Below the pieces are notes generated by a model. It ran no database searches and was not told where the DNA came from. It saw nothing but the letters and a program-made list of their open reading frames with translations. 64,000 nt of DNA from Squalus acanthias (taxonomy: Eukaryota): NCBI GenBank assembly GCA_030390025.1, contig JASTWF010000033.1, forward strand, positions 994,001-1,058,000, given 5' to 3'. The translations under genes were made by a program, and so were the position numbers. Positions within the stretch are counted from its first letter, which is position 1. The number at the start of each line of letters is the position of its first letter. Below are positions 59,928-64,000 of the stretch, in pieces.

Positions 59928-62900
59928 AGAGTCTGAGAGGGACAGTGTATGAGAGAGAGTCTGAGAGAGACAGTGTGTGAGAGAGTGAGACTGAGAGACA
60001 GTGTGAGAGAGTCTGAGAGGGACAGTGTATGAGAGAGACAGTGTGTGAGAGAGTGAGACTGAGAGACAGTGTGAGAGAGTGAGTCTGAGAGAGACAGTGT
60101 GTGAGAGAGTGAGTCTGAGAGAGAGAGTGTGTGAGAGAGAGTAGGTCTGAGGGAGAAAGTGTGTGAGAAAGTGACTCTGAGACAGACAGTGTATGAGAGA
60201 GAGTCTGAGAGAGACAGTGTGTGAGAAAGTGAGTCTGAGAGAAAGTGCATGAGAGAGTGAGTCTGAGAGAGACAGTGTGTGAGAGTGTGATTCTGAGAGA
60301 GACAGTGCGGGAGAGAGTGTGTCTGAGAGAGACAGTGCGTGAGAGAGTGAGTCTGAGAGAGACAGTGTGCGAGAGTGAGTCTGAGAGAGACAGTGTGAGA
60401 GAGTGAGTGAGAGAGACAGTGTGTGAGAGAGTGAGTCTGAGAGACAGTGTGTGAGAGAGTGAGTCTCATAGAGACTGTGAGAGATTGAGTCTCTGAGAGA
60501 TGTGTGTGAGAGAGTGAGTCTGAGAGAGAGTGTGTGAGAGAGTGAGTCTGAGAGACAATGTGTGAGAGAGTGAGTCTGAGAGAGACAGCGCGTGAGAGAG
60601 TGAGTCTGAGAGAGACAGTGTGTGAGAGAGTCTGAGAGAGACAGTGTGTGAGAGAGTGAGTCTGAGAGAGACAGTGTGTGAGAGAGTGAGTCTGAGAGAG
60701 ACAGTGTGTGAGAGAGTGAGTCTGAGAGAGACAGTGTTTGAGAGAGTGTCTGAGATAGACAGTGTGTGAGAGAGAGAGTCTGAGAGAGACATTGAGTGAG
60801 AGAGAGAGTCTGAGAGAGACAGTGTCTGAGAGAATGAGTCTGAGAGAAAGTGTGTGAGAGCGTGAGTGAGTCAGAGAGACAGTGTGTGAGAGAGAGAGTC
60901 CGAGAGAGTCAGCGTGTGAGAGAGTGAGTCTGAGAGAGACAGTCTGAGAGAGAGTGAGTCTAAGAGAGACAGTGTGTGAGAGAGTGAGTCTGAGAGAGAC
61001 AGTGTGTGAGAGAGTGAGTCAGAGAGACACAGTGTGTGAGAGAGTGAGTCTGAGAGAGACTGTGTGTGAGAGTGTGAGTCTGAGAGAGACAGTGTGAGAG
61101 AGAGAGTGAGTCTGAGCGAGACAGTGTGTGAGAAAGTGAGTCTGAGAGGGACAGTGTGTGAGAGAGTGAGTCTGAGAGAGATAGTGTGAGAGAGAGAGTG
61201 AGTCTGAGAGAGACAGTGTGTGAGAGATTGAGTCTGAGAGAGTGTGCTTGAGAGAGTGAGTCTGAGAGTGACAGTTTGTGAGAGAGTGAGTCTGAGAGAG
61301 ACAGTGTGTGAGAGTGAGTCTGAGAGAGACAGTGTGTGAGGGAGTGAGTCTGAGAGAGTGAGTGTGAGAGAGTGAGTGTGTGAGAGAGAGTGAGTCTGCG
61401 AGAGGCAGTGTGTGAGAGAGTGAGTCTGAGAGAGAGAGTGTGTGAGAGAGTGAGTCTGAGAGACAGTGCGTGAGAGAGTGAGTCTGAGAGAGACAGTGTG
61501 TGAGAGAGTCTGAGAGAGACAGTGTGTGAGAGAGTGAGTCTGAGAGTGACAGTGTGTGAGAGAGTGAGTCTGAGAGAGACAGTGTCTGAGAGAGTGAGTC
61601 TGAGAGAGAGTGTGTGAGAGAGAGTGAGTCTGAGAGAGACAGTGTGTGAGAGAGAGAGAGACTGAGAGAGACAGTGTGTGAGAGAGTGAGTCTGAGAGAG
61701 ACAGTCTGAGAGAGAGTGAGTCTGAGAGTGTGTGAGAGAGTGAGTTTTAGAGAGACGGTGTGTGAGAGAGCGAGTCTGAGAGAGATAGTGTATGAGAGAG
61801 TGAGTCTGAGAGAGTCGGTGTGTGAGAGAGTGAGTCTGAGAGAGTGTGTGAGACAGTGAGTTTGAGGGAGATCGTGTGTGAGAGAGTGAGTCTAAGAGAG
61901 ACAGTGTGTGAGAGAGTGAGTCTGCGAGAGACAGTGTGTGAGAGCGTGAGTCTGAGAGAGACAGTGAGTGAGAAAGTGAGTCTGAGAGAGACATATTGTG
62001 AGAGAGTGAGTCTGAGAACGACAGTGTGTGAGAGTGAGTCTGAGAGAATATGTGAGAGAGTGAGTCTGAGAGAGACAGTGTGTGAGAGTGAGTCTGAGAG
62101 AGAGACAGTGTGTGAGAGAGTGAGTCTGAGAGAGACAGCGTGTGAGAGAGTGAGTCTGCGAGAGACAGTGTGTGAGAGCGTGAGTCTGAGACTGACGTTG
62201 TGTGTGAGAGAGAGAGTCTGAGAGAGACAGTGTGTGAGAGACTGAGTCTGAGAGAGACAGTGTGTGAGAGAGTGAGTCTGAGAGAGTGAGTGAGTGAGAG
62301 AGTGAGTCTGAGAGAGACAGTGTGTGAGAGACTGAGTCTGAGAGAGACAGTGTGTGAGAGAGTGAGTCTGAGAGAGTGAGTGAGTGAGAGAGTGAGTCTG
62401 AGAGAGACAGTGTGTGAGCGAGTGAGTCTGAGAGTGTGTGAGAGAGTGAGTTTAGAGAGACGGTGTGTGAGAGAGCGAGTCTGAGAGAGACAGTGTATGA
62501 GAGAGTGAGTCTGAGAGAGACGGTGTGTGAGAGAGTGAGTCTGAGAGAGTGTGTGAGACAGTGAGTTTGAGAGAGACAGTGTGTGAGAGAGTGAGTCTGA
62601 GAGAAAGTGCATGAGAGAGTGAGTCTGAGAGAGACAGTGTGTGAGAGTGTGATTCTGAGAGAGACAGTGCGGGAGAGAGTGTGTCTGAGAGAGACAGTGC
62701 GTGAGAGAGTGAGTCTGAGAGAGACAGTGTGCGAGAGTGAGTCTGAGAGAGACAGTGTGAGAGAGTGAGTGAGAGAGACAGTGTGTGAGAGAGTGAGTCT
62801 GAGAGACAGTGTGTGAGAGAGTGAGTCTCATAGAGACTGTGAGAGATTGAGTCTCTGAGAGATGTGTGTGAGAGAGTGAGTCTGAGAGAGAGTGTGTGAG

Positions 62901-64000
62901 AGAGTGAGTCTGAGAGACAATGTGTGAGAGAGTGAGTCTGAGAGAGACAGCGCGTGAGAGAGTGAGTCTGAGAGAGACAGTGTGTGAGAGAGTCTGAGAG
63001 AGACAGTGTGTGAGAGAGTGAGTCTGAGAGAGACAGTGTGTGAGAGAGTGAGTCTGAGAGAGACAGTGTGTGAGAGAGTGAGTCTGAGAGAGACAGTGTT
63101 TGAGAGAGTGTCTGAGATAGACAGTGTGTGAGAGAGAGAGTCTGAGAGAGACATTGTGTGAGAGAGAGAGTCTGAGAGAGACAGTGTCTGAGAGAATGAG
63201 TCTGAGAGAAAGTGTGTGAGAGCGTGAGTGAGTCAGAGAGATAGTGTGTGAGAGAGAGAGTCCGAGAGAGACAGCGTGTGAGAGAGTGAGTCTGAGAGAG
63301 ACAGTCTGAGAGAGAGTGAGTCTAAGAGAGACAGTGTGGGAGAGAGGGAGTCTGAGAGAGACAGTGTGTGAGAGAGTGAGTCTGAGAGAGACAGTGTGTG
63401 AGAGAGTGAGTCTGAGAGACACAGTGTGTGAGAGAGTGAGTCTGAGAGAGACTGTGTGAGAGAGTGAGTCTGAGAGAGACAGTGTGAGAGAGAGAGTGAG
63501 TCTGAGCGAGACAGTGTGTGTGATAGTGAGTCTGAGAGGGACAGTGTGTGAGAGAGTGAGTCTGAGAGAGATAGTGTGAGAGAGAGAGTGAGTCTGAGAG
63601 AGACAGTGTGTGAGAGATTGAGTCTGAGAGAGTGTGCTTGAGAGAGTGAGTCTGAGAGTGACAGTTTGTGAGAGAGTGAGTCTGAGAGAGACAGTGTGTG
63701 AGAGTGAGTCTGAGAGAGACAGTGTGTGAGGGAGTGAGTCTGAGAGAGTGAGTGTGAGAGAGTGAGTGTGTGAGAGAGAGTGAGTCTGCGAGAGGCAGTG
63801 TGTGAGAGAGTGAGTCTGAGAGAGAGAGTGTGTGAGAGAGTGAGTCTGAGAGACAGTGCGTGAGAGAGTGAGTCTGAGAGAGACAGTGTGTGAGAGAGTC
63901 TGAGAGAGACAGTGTGTGAGAGAGTGAGTCTGAGAGTGACAGTGTGTGAGAGAGTGAGTCTGAGAGAGACAGTGTCTGAGAGAATGAGTCTGAGAGAGAG
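59928..64000. repeat. GA-rich ~30-bp satellite (GAGAGAGTGAGTCTGAGAGAGACAGTGTGT) with a ~2.36-kb higher-order duplication
   Basis: Seen directly. ORFs 60466..60792 and 62828..63154 are identical (offset 2362). Confidence 0.95.

Noticed and set aside
60960..63422. 820-aa ORF (SLRLTLSHTV repeats) and neighbouring ORFs
   Set aside because: Translation of a stop-poor GA satellite; no coding evidence.

Overview
Repeat-dense vertebrate genomic DNA, most likely an elasmobranch (inferred from the CR1/HER1-type LINEs, a V-SINE/HE1-like SINE, DeuSINE remnants and GPR139-like receptor paralogs). Host genes are two 2-exon GPR139/GPR142-like GPCR paralogs on the minus strand, both broken in TM6, and one apparently intact 2-exon core-2/I-branching beta-1,6-GlcNAc-transferase (GCNT3/GCNT1-like, ~433 aa). 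Most of the rest is nested LINEs, SINEs, MITEs and at least six tandem-repeat families. The standout is a defective LTR retrovirus at 51344-59927 (minus). It has two ~1.1-1.2 kb LTRs, a PBS and a PPT, no gag/pro, and a pol with RT(YVDD), tether, RNase H and integrase. Its frameshifted env looks like a paramyxo/pneumovirus F-type fusion protein (RQRR furin site, fusion peptide, heptad repeat, Cys-rich region, TM), i.e. lokiretrovirus-like, and it carries an unexpected signal peptide plus Ig-like domain in front of the F2 subunit. Also notable: Penelope-type hammerhead ribozyme motifs co-amplified inside a satellite, a minisatellite born from a DeuSINE, and palindromic MITEs. All family assignments are by eye, without database searches.
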